Assembly (NCBI GenBank): GCA_963796275.1
Contig: CAWCKY010000006.1
Span: 2,048,001-2,112,000 of the forward strand
Direction of reading: 5' to 3'
Source: an uncultured Acidobacteriota bacterium
GTDB taxonomy: Bacteria; Acidobacteriota; Blastocatellia; RBC074
DNA: 64,000 nt
The position numbers and the translations under genes are program-made. Positions 13,755-26,648 of this stretch are shown one piece after another (positions within the stretch are counted from its first letter, which is position 1; each line of letters starts with the position of its first letter). A model generated the notes under the pieces. That model was given only the letters and a program-made list of their open reading frames with translations, did not search any database and was not told the origin of the DNA.

Positions 13755-14772
13755 ATGAAAATAGATGTCTTCAATCACATCTTCCCCAGACGTTTCTATG
13801 AGAGGCTCTACGAAGTCTCGAGCGATTACAGAGATATGGGAAAGCGATCGCTCAATGTCCCGGCCCTCTTTGATCTCGATATTCGTTTCAAGATGATGGA
13901 CCAGTTCGGCGATTACCGCCAAATCATCTCGGTCGCGTCTCCGCCTATTGAAGTGATGGTGGAGCCGGAGCTGACCCTCGAGTTTTCGCAGTTAGCGAAT
14001 GACGGTATGGCCGAGTTGGTTTCCCGTCACCCTGATCGGTTCGCTGCCTTCGCGGCAGCGCTTCCGATGGACAAGCCGGAAGAAGCCGCGCTCGAATTGC
14101 GTCGCGCGGTGAAAGAGCTGGGGGCGAAGGCTGTGCAGATTTACTCTAACGCCGCAGGCAAACCGCTCGATGGTCCGGAGTACGAGCCGATCTTCGCGAC
14201 GATGGCCGAACATGATCTTCCGATCCTGCTGCACCCAGCCCGCGGCCCGCGTTTCGCGGATTATCCGGGCGAGGCGAAATCGAAGTATGAAATCTGGTGG
14301 ACGTTCGGCTGGCCCTACGAGACGAGCGTCGCTATGGCTCGGCTCGTCTTTACCGGGATATTCGACAGGTATCCAGATCTGAAGGTCATCACACATCACA
14401 TGGGAGCGATGATTCCATATTTTGAGGGGAGAGTCGGTCACGGATGGGACCAGCTGGGGAAGAGGACTTCGGACGAAGATTACGTGGGCCTGCGCAGTAT
14501 CTATGAAAAAACGGCCCATCGATTATTTCAAGATGTTCTATGCCGATACCGCACTGTTCGGATCGTACTCAGGCACGAGATGCGGTCTGGATTTCTTCGG
14601 AGTCGATCACGTTCTATTCGCATCGGATTCACCCTTCGACCCTGAAGGCGGCACGCTCTACACGCGGGAGACCATCGAAGTGATCGACGGGCTCGACATC
14701 ACCGATGATGAGCGGGATCGCATCTACCGCCGCAATGCCGAGCGGTTGTTCAAACTCACAACGGCATCATAA
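13755..14772 (+). pseudogene. Amidohydrolase-2 family protein split by a +1 frameshift near 14498 (possibly a sequencing artefact)
   Basis: IDVFNH, LLHP and HHMG in one frame; YADTA and LFASDSPF in the next; deleting one base gives ...GLRRSMKKRPIDYF. Confidence 0.85.
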
Positions 14773-14795
14773 CCGAATCGATCAGGAGGCGAGTC

Positions 14796-16370
<1,575 letters not shown>

Positions 16371-16440
16371 TAGTTTTCAGTTTTCAGTTTTTAGTTTTCA
16401 GTTGATGACCGCCCAACTGAAAACTGAAAACTGAAAACTA
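16371..16440. repeat. Hairpin built from tandem heptamers
   Basis: About four TTTTCAG units, a short loop, then three CTGAAAA units. Confidence 0.85.
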
Positions 16441-16452
16441 TTTCCTGAGGAG

Positions 16453-17310
<858 letters not shown>

Positions 17311-17576
17311 TGGCGTATGGCCTCGAGCCAATCTCGATGCCGGTCTAGCCGTGCGATGTTGTCACCCCAGGCTATCAGACCGCTGAAAGCTGTTTGGACA
17401 CAGCGCGGCCATTTCACCCCGCTCTCAGTCGAACCGATCGTGCGTTAACACTATCGTGAAGCCCGATTGGTTGGACGGTTAATCGGTCGGTTGCGCTCGC
17501 CCTTTAAAACAGGGGCGGGCGCATATTCTATCTATTCTGCTCGCCCTCCGCTGCGATCAGATATATTATTTCGCCC

Positions 17577-18902
17577 ATGATTACCACCATGAAGCAATTC
17601 GCGTTTCTCGTGATGTTTCTCGGACTTTCCTGGATGAGTTCTGTCTCGTCCCAGCAAAAGTATGATCTCCTCTTAAAAGGCGGCCACGTAATCGACCCCA
17701 AGAATAAGTTGAGCGCCGTTCGCGATGTCGCCATCGCCGATGGAAAGGTGGTCGCCGTAGCGGCAAAAATCGATCCAACCGAGGCGTTCAAGGTGGTGGA
17801 TGTAACCGGATATTACGTGACGCCCGGGCTCATCGACATTCATGTTCACGTTTACGCGGGGACGGGCGAGCGCGGCTCGTATGCCGGTGATAACAGCGTC
17901 TATCCCGACGGCTTCACTTTTCGCTCCGGAGTAACGACGGTCGCCGACGCCGGGTGCGCGGGGTGGAGAAATTTCGAGGATTTCAAACAGCGGATCATCG
18001 ATCGATCGAAGACCCGTGTCCTGGCCTTCATCAACATCGTCGGTCATGGCATGCGGGGAGGGAAGTTCGAACAGGACCTGTCGGACATGGAGCCGAAACC
18101 TACGGCGGACATGGCGCTTCGCTACAAGAATCTGATAATCGGCGTAAAGACTGCCCACTACGCCGGCCCGGAATGGGCGCCGGTCGAAAGAGCGGTCGCC
18201 GCCGGGACGGCCGCGAATATCCCGGTCATGGTGGATTTCGGGATAAATCACAGCGAGCGGCCGTTGAATGAACTCGTGACGCGCAAGCTCCGGCCGGGCG
18301 ACATCTACACTCACCTTTATTCCGGGCTCCGCAATGAGCAGCTCGAATCGGGCCAAGTGAACCCCGGGCTCTGGGAAGGCCGAAAGCGGGGGGTGATATT
18401 CGATGTCGGTCATGGCGGAGGCAGCTTCTTGTGGCGAATTGCAGTACCGTCGATGAAAGCGGGCTTTTACCCCGATTCCATTTCTACCGATCTGCATATA
18501 GGAAGCATGAACGCCGGGATGAAGGACATGATCAATGTGATGGACAAGTTTCTGGCGATGGGAATGTCTCTCGACGATGTGATTTTACGCTCTACGTGGA
18601 ATCCCGCCCGAGAGATCAAGCAGGAAGGACTGGGACACCTCTCACCCGGCGCAGTGGCTGATATCGCGGTTCTCAAGCTGGAGAAAGGTGATTTTGGTTT
18701 TGTCGATATGTACGGGGCTCGGTTGCGAGGGACGCAGAAGCTTACCTGCGAATTGACGCTGCGAGATGGGAAGGTGGTCTACGATCTGAATGGAATTACG
18801 CGGCCTGACTGGGACGGACTGCCGCGGGATTATAGGCAAACCGGTGACATCCGGTGGGACGGGGTTACGCCGGCGCGACCCGCCAGAAAAGGATCGAACT
18901 AA
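17577..18902 (+). CDS. Secreted amidohydrolase/deacetylase (dihydroorotase-like)
   Basis: PGLIDIHVH; GVTTVADAG; DVGHGGGSF; ISTDLH; signal peptide. Confidence 0.9.
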   Translation: MITTMKQFAFLVMFLGLSWMSSVSSQQKYDLLLKGGHVIDPKNKLSAVRDVAIADGKVVAVAAKIDPTEAFKVVDVTGYYVTPGLIDIHVHVYAGTGERGSYAGDNSVYPDGFTFRSGVTTVADAGCAGWRNFEDFKQRIIDRSKTRVLAFINIVGHGMRGGKFEQDLSDMEPKPTADMALRYKNLIIGVKTAHYAGPEWAPVERAVAAGTAANIPVMVDFGINHSERPLNELVTRKLRPGDIYTHLYSGLRNEQLESGQVNPGLWEGRKRGVIFDVGHGGGSFLWRIAVPSMKAGFYPDSISTDLHIGSMNAGMKDMINVMDKFLAMGMSLDDVILRSTWNPAREIKQEGLGHLSPGAVADIAVLKLEKGDFGFVDMYGARLRGTQKLTCELTLRDGKVVYDLNGITRPDWDGLPRDYRQTGDIRWDGVTPARPARKGSN

Positions 18903-19482
18903 TTCGGACAGCAGAAATCAAAAATGATCGGTTCGCTATCTCTTCCGCATCCGGCGCTGTAGATCGCGCGGTGATAGAAGATAGATCGAAGCCCATATCA
19001 GGTTGACAAGAATACAAAACGAGCATTAAATGATTCGGCCAATTAAGCACCAATTGCCCACACAAAAGGCACGTCGAACAATTTCCGAATGAAGCAGTTT
19101 CCCTGAGCCATGCGATAGCTGGGATGTACCTTCTGCAGCAGAACGGCGGTTACGTTTGCAGGTTTTGTCAACTCGCGTTAATTATCTGGTTCCAGCTCGA
19201 TGTTGTACTTCGTTTTCATGCGGGGCATCTCACACCCTTTCAATGTCGTAATCTAACTAGAAAACCAGATAAGTTGCCCCTCGCCTGACTACGACCCGAA
19301 CCTCAACGTATTTATGGCGGGCGTGCTTTAAACCCTCTTCGCTCGTTGTCCGTGAGCTGTAGGATCGGCTCGCCGGATTTCAGAACCGGTTTTCGCCCAC
19401 GTCCAGGCGTGGGATGCAAAACGTGGCGAAAACAATGACCTCGGACGACGAATCACGAGTAACGAACACTGGAGGTAATCCG

Positions 19483-22400
19483 ATGCGAAAACTTCTCTGC
19501 CTGTTAGGCGTGTTGGTGATCGTTTGCGCTGCTCCTATGTTGCTATGTGCACAGACGACCTATGCGACGATCACCGGAACGGTGACCGACGCGAACGGGG
19601 CTATTCTTCCCGGCGTGCGAATAAGCGCGCGCAACGTGGAGACCAATATCTCTTCAGAGACCGTCTCGAATGGAGAAGGCGTCTATACGATCACGCAACT
19701 GCGCGAGGGGACCTACGCTTTGAGCGCGCAAGCCAACGGATTCCGCGAGTTCATCGCCCAAGACGTTCTGCTGGTGGCGCGCGACGTCCGCCGCCTCGAA
19801 ATCAAATTGGCACCGGGAGAGATGAGGGATTCCGTTCAGGTTACAGCTGGTGCGGCCCTGATCGAGACCGAGACGCCGAGGCTCGGTGATACGCGCACTG
19901 CCGATCAACTCAAGACCCTACCTTTGAATACCCGCGGCGTCTGGGCCTACCTCTCGCTCACTCCGATGCTCGTGCAGCGCGGCGGCACGGTCTCGTTCTC
20001 CGGCAGCCGCTCCAATCAATCTCAGTGGAGCGTCGATGGGACGACCATGAGCGACGGCGTTGATGAGAATGCGATCGGGCCGCTGGCCAACTTCATCGAA
20101 TCATTCAAGGAAGTGAAGATCGATCTGGCCAATAACAGCTCGGAATTTGGGACCCTGGGTTTTGTTACGGTGATCTCCAAGTCTGGCGATAACGATTTCC
20201 ACGGCTCGGTCTTCGATTACTACTCCAGCCCCATTCTGCGCGCTCGCAATCCGTTTGCCACTCAGCGGGATGCCGGAGTCTTCCATACCATCGGATTTTC
20301 CGCGGGCGGCCCCATCTACTTGCCCAAGTTGTATAACGGCAAAGATCGGACATTCTGGTTCATCTCGGCGGAGACGATTACCGGCAGCCAGGCGACCGCC
20401 AACTTGAACCCTTCAGTGCCGCTGGAGGCGTGGCGCCGAGGCGATTTCTCCGCGCTCGGGATTCAGCTCCGCAACCCAATCACAAACGAGATCTACACGG
20501 ACGGCAAACTTCCTCCCGGTGTGATCAATCCTGTGTCGCAGAAGATTCAGGAGCGTTTCTATCCTCTGCCCAACTTCGGTGACGTCAATACCTTCACGGC
20601 CGGCAACTTTCGCCAGACTGTGCAGCGACCATTCGATAAACCGAACTATATGGTCGGTCGAGTCGACCAGAGATTGGGATCCAAGGACAACATTTACGCC
20701 CGGTACACGGTGAACCAACAGGTGGTCGGTTTATGGGAAGGCAATCTCCCCTCATTCGGACCGCGGCGCCAATTCCGCCGAAACAAGACGCTATCGGTAT
20801 CCTACGGGCACACTTTCAGCCCCACGCTGCTAAACGAAGTTCGCTTCGGTCACACCTTCAACAACAATCCTCTGGAAGGACCATTGAATGGGCTTGAAGT
20901 GATCAAAGACCTGGGCATCGAGGGGCTCGCGGAGGACCTGCCGAACGTCGGCGGGGTATTCCGCGTCGGCTTCGCGGGGATCGGCCTGACGGGTCTGTCT
21001 CAAATCAACTGGAACCGACCCGGCTTCCTCAACAAGATACGGCAACTGCAAGACCAGGTCAGTTATTTCCGCGGGAAACACAGCCTCAAAATGGGCGCGG
21101 AAGTCCGCAAAGTGCGCTGGGACGATGCAATCGCGGGCAATAGCCTGTTCGGCAATGTGACTTTCGCCAATACTTACAGCAGCGTGCCGGGCGTCCCCAA
21201 CAGCGGGCATCCTTATGCCGATTTCCTCCTCGGATTCCCCACCTCGGCATCACGCGAGTTTCCGCCGTTACTAATCGAGCGCAGTCGCTGGATGTATGAC
21301 TTCTTCTTCCAGGACGATTGGAAGATCACTCCGCGTTTGACGGTGAATCTCGGGCTGCGCTATGAGTATCATCCGGTCTGGCAGGAGGGCAATGGACGGC
21401 AGGCGATCTTCGACATCGAGAGCGGCAAAATTGCTGTCGCTGACGAGGGGTTCTCAAAGCTCTCGACACTGGTGCCTTCCGGCTATGTCGATATTGTCAA
21501 AGCCAGCAGTTTGGGCCTGCCGAGCTGGACCCTGGTCCGTCCTGACAAGAATAACTTCGCCCCGCGCATCGGGATCGCTTATCGGCTCTCCAATCACACG
21601 GTGGTGCGCTCCGGTTATGGCATCTACTATGACACGGTGCCGATCAACCCAAGCGCCGGCGGAGTCCCGTTCCGCATCAGCGAGCCCGGGTACTCCAACA
21701 CCACGCCGAAACCCACACTCTCTCTGCCGGATGCATTTCCGGACGCCGGCCCAGTCGGCCCATCCACGATCAATCTGCCGGCCGCGATAAATCCGAATTT
21801 GAAATTCCCCTACAGCCAGCAATGGAATTTGACCGTCGAGCACGAGCGTTGGAACACCGGCTTTCGCTTCTCTTATGTGGGCACCAATACCCGGCAGATG
21901 CGGTACAGCTTCAATATAAACGCGCCGGCGATCGATGATCGGTTGTACATCAACAAGCCCCGTCGCTTCCCTAAGTATCCGGGCATCTCTTATGTCGATA
22001 ACGGCGCCAACCATAATTACCATGCCATGAGTCTGGAGGCTGAGCGTAAGCTCGCCAAAGGACTCTTCTTTCAAACTTCCTACACCTGGTCGCGCGACGT
22101 GGGGGATGCCACTGATGGCAGTATCGAAAACCCGTTCGATCGCGGGCGCGAACGAGCAGTGGATCAGAGCATTCCGACGCACCGCTTCAACAATGCGGTC
22201 ATTTATGAACTGCCAATAGGATCTAGCAAGAGATGGCTCAGTCATGCGCCGCGGGCGCTCGATATGGCAATCGGCGGCTGGCAAATCTCCGCCATCACAT
22301 ATTTTCAATCCGGGATGTTCCTGACGCCCACGATCTCCATCCCGGATCCGACGGGAACGGCCCACACCGACAGCGCCAATCGGCCGCAGGTGACGATCCG

Positions 22401-22779
22401 GCCGGATCAGCTGCGCAACCCCAACATCTCAAATCGCACGATCGACTCCTGGTTCGATCCGAGCGCCTTTGCGGCCCCACCGATCGGCCGTTTCGGCAAT
22501 TCCGCCCGCGGAGTAATCATCGGTCCCGGCACCAACGTGTGGCACGTGGGCTTCCACAAGTATTTCGCCTTCGCGGATAACCCGCGCATTCCCAGGTTCC
22601 GCGTTGAGTTGACTTCCACCAACTTTTTCAATCATCCTAATTGGGTCAATCCAAATACTATCCTTTCTGATAGGGGAGCTGTCGGGACCATTCAGGGGGT
22701 GGGTGGTCCAAACACCGCTTCTACGGGTGATCGTGCAGGCCAGCGTTCATTACAATTGGGTTTGCGGATTGAATGGTGA
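19483..22779 (+). CDS. TonB-dependent receptor (Oar-like)
   Basis: GGAGG RBS; LPLNTR; FFQDDWK..NLGLRYE; C-terminal QLGLRIEW. Confidence 0.95.
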   Translation: MRKLLCLLGVLVIVCAAPMLLCAQTTYATITGTVTDANGAILPGVRISARNVETNISSETVSNGEGVYTITQLREGTYALSAQANGFREFIAQDVLLVARDVRRLEIKLAPGEMRDSVQVTAGAALIETETPRLGDTRTADQLKTLPLNTRGVWAYLSLTPMLVQRGGTVSFSGSRSNQSQWSVDGTTMSDGVDENAIGPLANFIESFKEVKIDLANNSSEFGTLGFVTVISKSGDNDFHGSVFDYYSSPILRARNPFATQRDAGVFHTIGFSAGGPIYLPKLYNGKDRTFWFISAETITGSQATANLNPSVPLEAWRRGDFSALGIQLRNPITNEIYTDGKLPPGVINPVSQKIQERFYPLPNFGDVNTFTAGNFRQTVQRPFDKPNYMVGRVDQRLGSKDNIYARYTVNQQVVGLWEGNLPSFGPRRQFRRNKTLSVSYGHTFSPTLLNEVRFGHTFNNNPLEGPLNGLEVIKDLGIEGLAEDLPNVGGVFRVGFAGIGLTGLSQINWNRPGFLNKIRQLQDQVSYFRGKHSLKMGAEVRKVRWDDAIAGNSLFGNVTFANTYSSVPGVPNSGHPYADFLLGFPTSASREFPPLLIERSRWMYDFFFQDDWKITPRLTVNLGLRYEYHPVWQEGNGRQAIFDIESGKIAVADEGFSKLSTLVPSGYVDIVKASSLGLPSWTLVRPDKNNFAPRIGIAYRLSNHTVVRSGYGIYYDTVPINPSAGGVPFRISEPGYSNTTPKPTLSLPDAFPDAGPVGPSTINLPAAINPNLKFPYSQQWNLTVEHERWNTGFRFSYVGTNTRQMRYSFNINAPAIDDRLYINKPRRFPKYPGISYVDNGANHNYHAMSLEAERKLAKGLFFQTSYTWSRDVGDATDGSIENPFDRGRERAVDQSIPTHRFNNAVIYELPIGSSKRWLSHAPRALDMAIGGWQISAITYFQSGMFLTPTISIPDPTGTAHTDSANRPQVTIRPDQLRNPNISNRTIDSWFDPSAFAAPPIGRFGNSARGVIIGPGTNVWHVGFHKYFAFADNPRIPRFRVELTSTNFFNHPNWVNPNTILSDRGAVGTIQGVGGPNTASTGDRAGQRSLQLGLRIEW

Positions 22780-22910
22780 GGCGAGGCAGTGACTCTTGCT
22801 TCACTCTTATCGACAAACGAGAGAGATGCAGCGCGATAGAGAACAGATAAGAGGGGTTAGTTCTATGCAGTGCTATATCTCCTTATCTCCCATTATCCCT
22901 CTGTGCCGAT

Positions 22911-24176
22911 ATGGCTAATATTGAGGTGACCATTTTGCAGGCTGAGATCAAAGAAATCCCTTCGACTTCCGCTTCCGTTTCAGCGCAGGAAGCCCGCTCT
23001 TCACCGGCGCCGGTAGCGCGAAATGTTGCTATCGATGCATACCGCGGCTTCGTCATGTTGTTGATGATGGCTGAAGTATTGCGGTTGGCACAGGTGTCAC
23101 GTTCATTTCCGGAGAATTGGTTCTGGGCCATCCTGGCCTTCAATCAGTCTCATGTCGAATGGGCCGGATGTTCGCTGCACGATCTGATCCAGCCGTCGTT
23201 CTCTTTTCTAGTGGGAGTCGCACTGCCATACTCCATCGCCAGTCGCCTGGCAAAGGGGAAGACCTTCAACCAACTCTTCGTTCATGCGCTCTGGCGCGCG
23301 CTGCTGCTCGTTTGGCTCGGCATCTTCCTGCGTTCTCTTTCCCGCGACCAGACCAATTTCACGTTCGAAGATACGCTGACGCAGATCGGTCTTGGCTACC
23401 CGATCCTCTTTCTGCTCGGCTTCAAACCGCCGAGATGGCAGTGGATCGCCTTCGGCGCCATCCTCTTCGGTTACTGGCTCGCCTGGGCGCTTTATCCCAC
23501 GCCAGGTCCCGGATTCGACTATCAGGCCGTGGGCGTTTCAGCCGACTGGACACACAACTTCACCGGGTTTGCTGCTCATTGGAACAAGAACAGCAACCTC
23601 GGCGCTGCATTCGATCAGTGGTTCCTGAACCTCTTTCCCCGGTCGCAGCCGTTTATTGCTAATCGCGGCGGGTATCTTACCCTCAGCTTCATTCCCACAC
23701 TGGGCACGATGATTCTTGGGCTCGTGGCTGGCCGCTGGCTGCGAGAGGCCGGTCCACGCATTCCCATGAAGCGCCTGATCATCGCGGGGATCATAGGTAT
23801 CGCTGCGGGAGCGCTATTTCATTTCACCGGCATCTGCCCCATCGTGAAACGCATCTGGACGCCGAGCTGGACTCTCTTCAGCGGCGGCATCTGCTTCCTC
23901 TTTGTTGCCGTATTTAGCTGGATCATCGATATCCGAGGCTATCGTAGATGGGCTTTCCCTCTGGTGGTGATCGGCATGAACTCCATCGGTGCCTACCTGA
24001 TTGCTCATCTTTTCGAGGAGTTCATTATCCGTTCATTTCACACTCACCTGAGCCCGGATGTATTCAAGCTTTTCGGAGGCTCGCTCGAGCCTTTCATCGC
24101 AGGGGTGGCCGTTCTCTCTGTTTACTGGCTGATCCTCTTCTGGATGTACCGACGCAAGCTTTTCCTGAAAATTTGA
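22911..24176 (+). CDS. Membrane acyltransferase, HGSNAT/DUF5009-like
   Basis: IDAYRGFVM; [22 protein letters not shown]; [10 protein letters not shown]; GMNSI; multiple hydrophobic helices. Confidence 0.85.
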   Translation: MANIEVTILQAEIKEIPSTSASVSAQEARSSPAPVARNVAIDAYRGFVMLLMMAEVLRLAQVSRSFPENWFWAILAFNQSHVEWAGCSLHDLIQPSFSFLVGVALPYSIASRLAKGKTFNQLFVHALWRALLLVWLGIFLRSLSRDQTNFTFEDTLTQIGLGYPILFLLGFKPPRWQWIAFGAILFGYWLAWALYPTPGPGFDYQAVGVSADWTHNFTGFAAHWNKNSNLGAAFDQWFLNLFPRSQPFIANRGGYLTLSFIPTLGTMILGLVAGRWLREAGPRIPMKRLIIAGIIGIAAGALFHFTGICPIVKRIWTPSWTLFSGGICFLFVAVFSWIIDIRGYRRWAFPLVVIGMNSIGAYLIAHLFEEFIIRSFHTHLSPDVFKLFGGSLEPFIAGVAVLSVYWLILFWMYRRKLFLKI

Positions 24177-24209
24177 TGGAAGAAAAAATTGCCCGTTCTG
24201 TTTTCTGGG

Positions 24210-24231
24210 AAGGGAGCCGTGCGGCTCCCTT
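24210..24231. terminator. Hairpin between convergent genes
   Basis: aagggagcc-gtgc-ggctccctt followed by tct. Confidence 0.55.
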
Positions 24232-24312
24232 TCTACACAATTGCCATCTTGATTGCTGGCACTGGTCAGATGGTGATGAGACGCTGGGGGGACGCCTTGG
24301 TACAACCGGCGG

Positions 24313-26244
24313 CTAATTGGCCGGGGCGAAGACATAAACCGATCCTTGATCCTCGCCCGCTTTGCCATCATCAAGCGGCGCGCCGACCACGATCGTGCTT
24401 CCGCTGATCGCCACTGAGTTACCGAACTGGTCAAATGCCGCCGCGTCCGCGGCTTCCAACTTCTGCTGCTGGGTCCAGACTCCATCGGTGCGCACAAAGA
24501 CATAGGCTGAGCCTTGCAGGAAGCCTGCTGCGCCATCATCACCCGACGCGCCGACCACGACCGTCTCCCCGTTGATCGCCACCGAGTTGCCGAACTGATC
24601 GAATAACGCCGCATCCGCGGCCTCCAGCTTCTGCTGCTGAGTCCAGACTCCATCGGTGCGCACAAAGACATAGGCTGAGCCTTGCAGGCTGCCCGCTGCG
24701 CCATCATCGAGCCACGCGCCGACCACGACCGTGCTCCCGCTGATTGCCACCGAGTTGCCGAACTGGTCAAATTCTGCCGCGTCCGCGGCCTCCAGTTTCT
24801 GCTGTTGAGTCCAGACTCCATCGGTGCGCACAAAGACATAGGCCGAGCCCTGATCGCGGCCCGCTGCGCCATCATCACCCGACGTGCCGACCACGACCGT
24901 CTCCCCGTTGATCGCCACCGAGTTGCCGAACTGGTCAAATTCTGCCGCGTCCGCGGCCACCAGTTTCTGTTGCTGAATCCAGACTCCGCCGCTGCGCACA
25001 AAGACATAAGCCGAGCCTTCTAGGAGGCGTGCTCCACTATCCCGTCGCGCGCCGACTAAGACCGTCTCACCGCTGATCGCCACCGAGTAGCCGAACAGGC
25101 CATCTCCCCTTGAGTCCGCGGCCACCAGCTTCTGCTGCTCGGTCCAGACTCCATAACTGCGCACAAAGACATAGGCCGAATCAGCTAAACTCGCGCCGAC
25201 CACGACCGTCTCCCCGCTGATCGCCACCGAGTTGCCGAAGTTGTCACCTGGCGCTGCATCCGCCGCCACCAGTTTCTGCTGTTGGGTCCAGACTCCTCCG
25301 CTGAGCACAAAGACATAAGCCGATCCCGAATCGCTGTCCACTGAACCATCATCAAGAACTCTGCCGACCACGACCGTCTCCCCGCTGATCGCCACCGAGT
25401 AGCCGAACCGGTCATCTCCCAGCGCGTCCGCGGCCTCCAGCTTCTGCTGTTGCGTGAAGATCGGATCGATCGTCACCGGATAGATCGCATCTTCATCCGT
25501 CACTTCCAGCTTCACCTCATCTCCGGTCAACTTCATCCGCGCCCTCAGTTCTCGCCCCATCGCATCGAACGCGTGCAGCCTGTCATAGCGCAACCCTTCT
25601 CCCTTACCTGTTCTATTCATCAGGATCGCCTCCCCACTTTCCACCTGACTCGCCTGCAAATCTCCGCTCAACTTCAGCCACAGATTCAACTTCTCTCCCG
25701 CCCTTCTCTCGCCGGGGGCTTGCCGGATTGTGAAGCCCTGCTCCAGACCGTCAGCCCGGTTGACGTACCACTCGCTCAGCGTGCCGCCCTCGCCCGTCCG
25801 CCTCTCATACTCAATCCGATCGCCGCTGGCTTTGAGGCCGGCGTAGGTCACGACCTTCTTCGCCGACCCGTAGCCGTAGCCGGTCAGCTTCATTTCCAGA
25901 CGCCAGTCCTGTCCAGTCCGGCTAGCTCCCCGCACCTCCACGCCTTCTCGCGTAAAGATGGTTCGGTAGCCCTGCTTGGGGTTGGAAGCTTCGTAATTTC
26001 CTCCTTTCCGCTCATCGATCTCATAGCGGGCTGCCGTCATTGCGGCTGAAAGCGAATGGTAGAGGCCTGTTTGTTTGAGATGTCCGATCGCCGCCTCGCC
26101 ACGCAGGTTCGGCAACAGTGGAGTGGCTTTGCCGTCTGATCCGGCGCCGGCGGTCCGACCCACCGTCATGCTGATGTAGCAGCCGATCAGGACTATCACC
26201 ACAATGATCAGAAAGCGCGTTATGTGAGTATGTTGATTCTTCAA
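24313..26244 (-). CDS. Secreted FG-GAP (integrin-alpha-like) 7-repeat beta-propeller protein with an N-terminal beta domain
   Basis: N-terminal hydrophobic segment; EWYVN..GLEQGF..YPVTIDP domain; seven FGxSVAIxGxTVVVG..GSAYVF repeats. Confidence 0.9.
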   Translation of the reverse strand: MKNQHTHITRFLIIVVIVLIGCYISMTVGRTAGAGSDGKATPLLPNLRGEAAIGHLKQTGLYHSLSAAMTAARYEIDERKGGNYEASNPKQGYRTIFTREGVEVRGASRTGQDWRLEMKLTGYGYGSAKKVVTYAGLKASGDRIEYERRTGEGGTLSEWYVNRADGLEQGFTIRQAPGERRAGEKLNLWLKLSGDLQASQVESGEAILMNRTGKGEGLRYDRLHAFDAMGRELRARMKLTGDEVKLEVTDEDAIYPVTIDPIFTQQQKLEAADALGDDRFGYSVAISGETVVVGRVLDDGSVDSDSGSAYVFVLSGGVWTQQQKLVAADAAPGDNFGNSVAISGETVVVGASLADSAYVFVRSYGVWTEQQKLVAADSRGDGLFGYSVAISGETVLVGARRDSGARLLEGSAYVFVRSGGVWIQQQKLVAADAAEFDQFGNSVAINGETVVVGTSGDDGAAGRDQGSAYVFVRTDGVWTQQQKLEAADAAEFDQFGNSVAISGSTVVVGAWLDDGAAGSLQGSAYVFVRTDGVWTQQQKLEAADAALFDQFGNSVAINGETVVVGASGDDGAAGFLQGSAYVFVRTDGVWTQQQKLEAADAAAFDQFGNSVAISGSTIVVGAPLDDGKAGEDQGSVYVFAPAN

Positions 26245-26648
26245 TGGCTATCTCCTTGTCTTATTGATTGGCAGAGTTGACCAACGATTAGCGGTCAAAG
26301 ATATCTGCCGTGATTAAACGGATGAGGTAATAACTGATCTCGACTTGTGATCGATTCCCGGGGGTCGACAGAGAGGCTCGGATATCGGGCACAATACAAG
26401 ACGATTGCTGTATCTGTGTAATAACAAGCGGTTAATTGCAGAATTAACGATCGCGTCTCGAACTGAGCGGGTCACGCAGCGATAGTTGAATTACAGTGCA
26501 GGCGGGAATGACCAGCCTTTCATCGCTCGATTGTCCGTAGGTGAGCGAATAGAGCAGAGTTATCGAGCAAAGAGACAAAAATATTCTACTGAGCATCTCA
26601 GACCTCCTCGAGATTCCGAATTAGAGCCTGCCGGCAGACTCGCCAGAT

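Noticed and set aside
14490-14512. Programmed ribosomal frameshift in the amidohydrolase
   Set aside because: An A-run follows, but no stimulatory structure is evident, the second split gene has no slippery site, and a single-base insertion explains both
19388-19422. c-di-GMP-I riboswitch (gggatgcaaaac)
   Set aside because: The 5' GGCAAACC element is missing; the segment is a simple hairpin
24033-25007. 324-aa repetitive ORF
   Set aside because: Alternative frame of the FG-GAP repeats, also overlapping the convergent acyltransferase
24313-25455. Diversity-generating retroelement acting on FG-GAP repeats
   Set aside because: No reverse transcriptase or separate template repeat in the window; repeats are in-frame tandem blades
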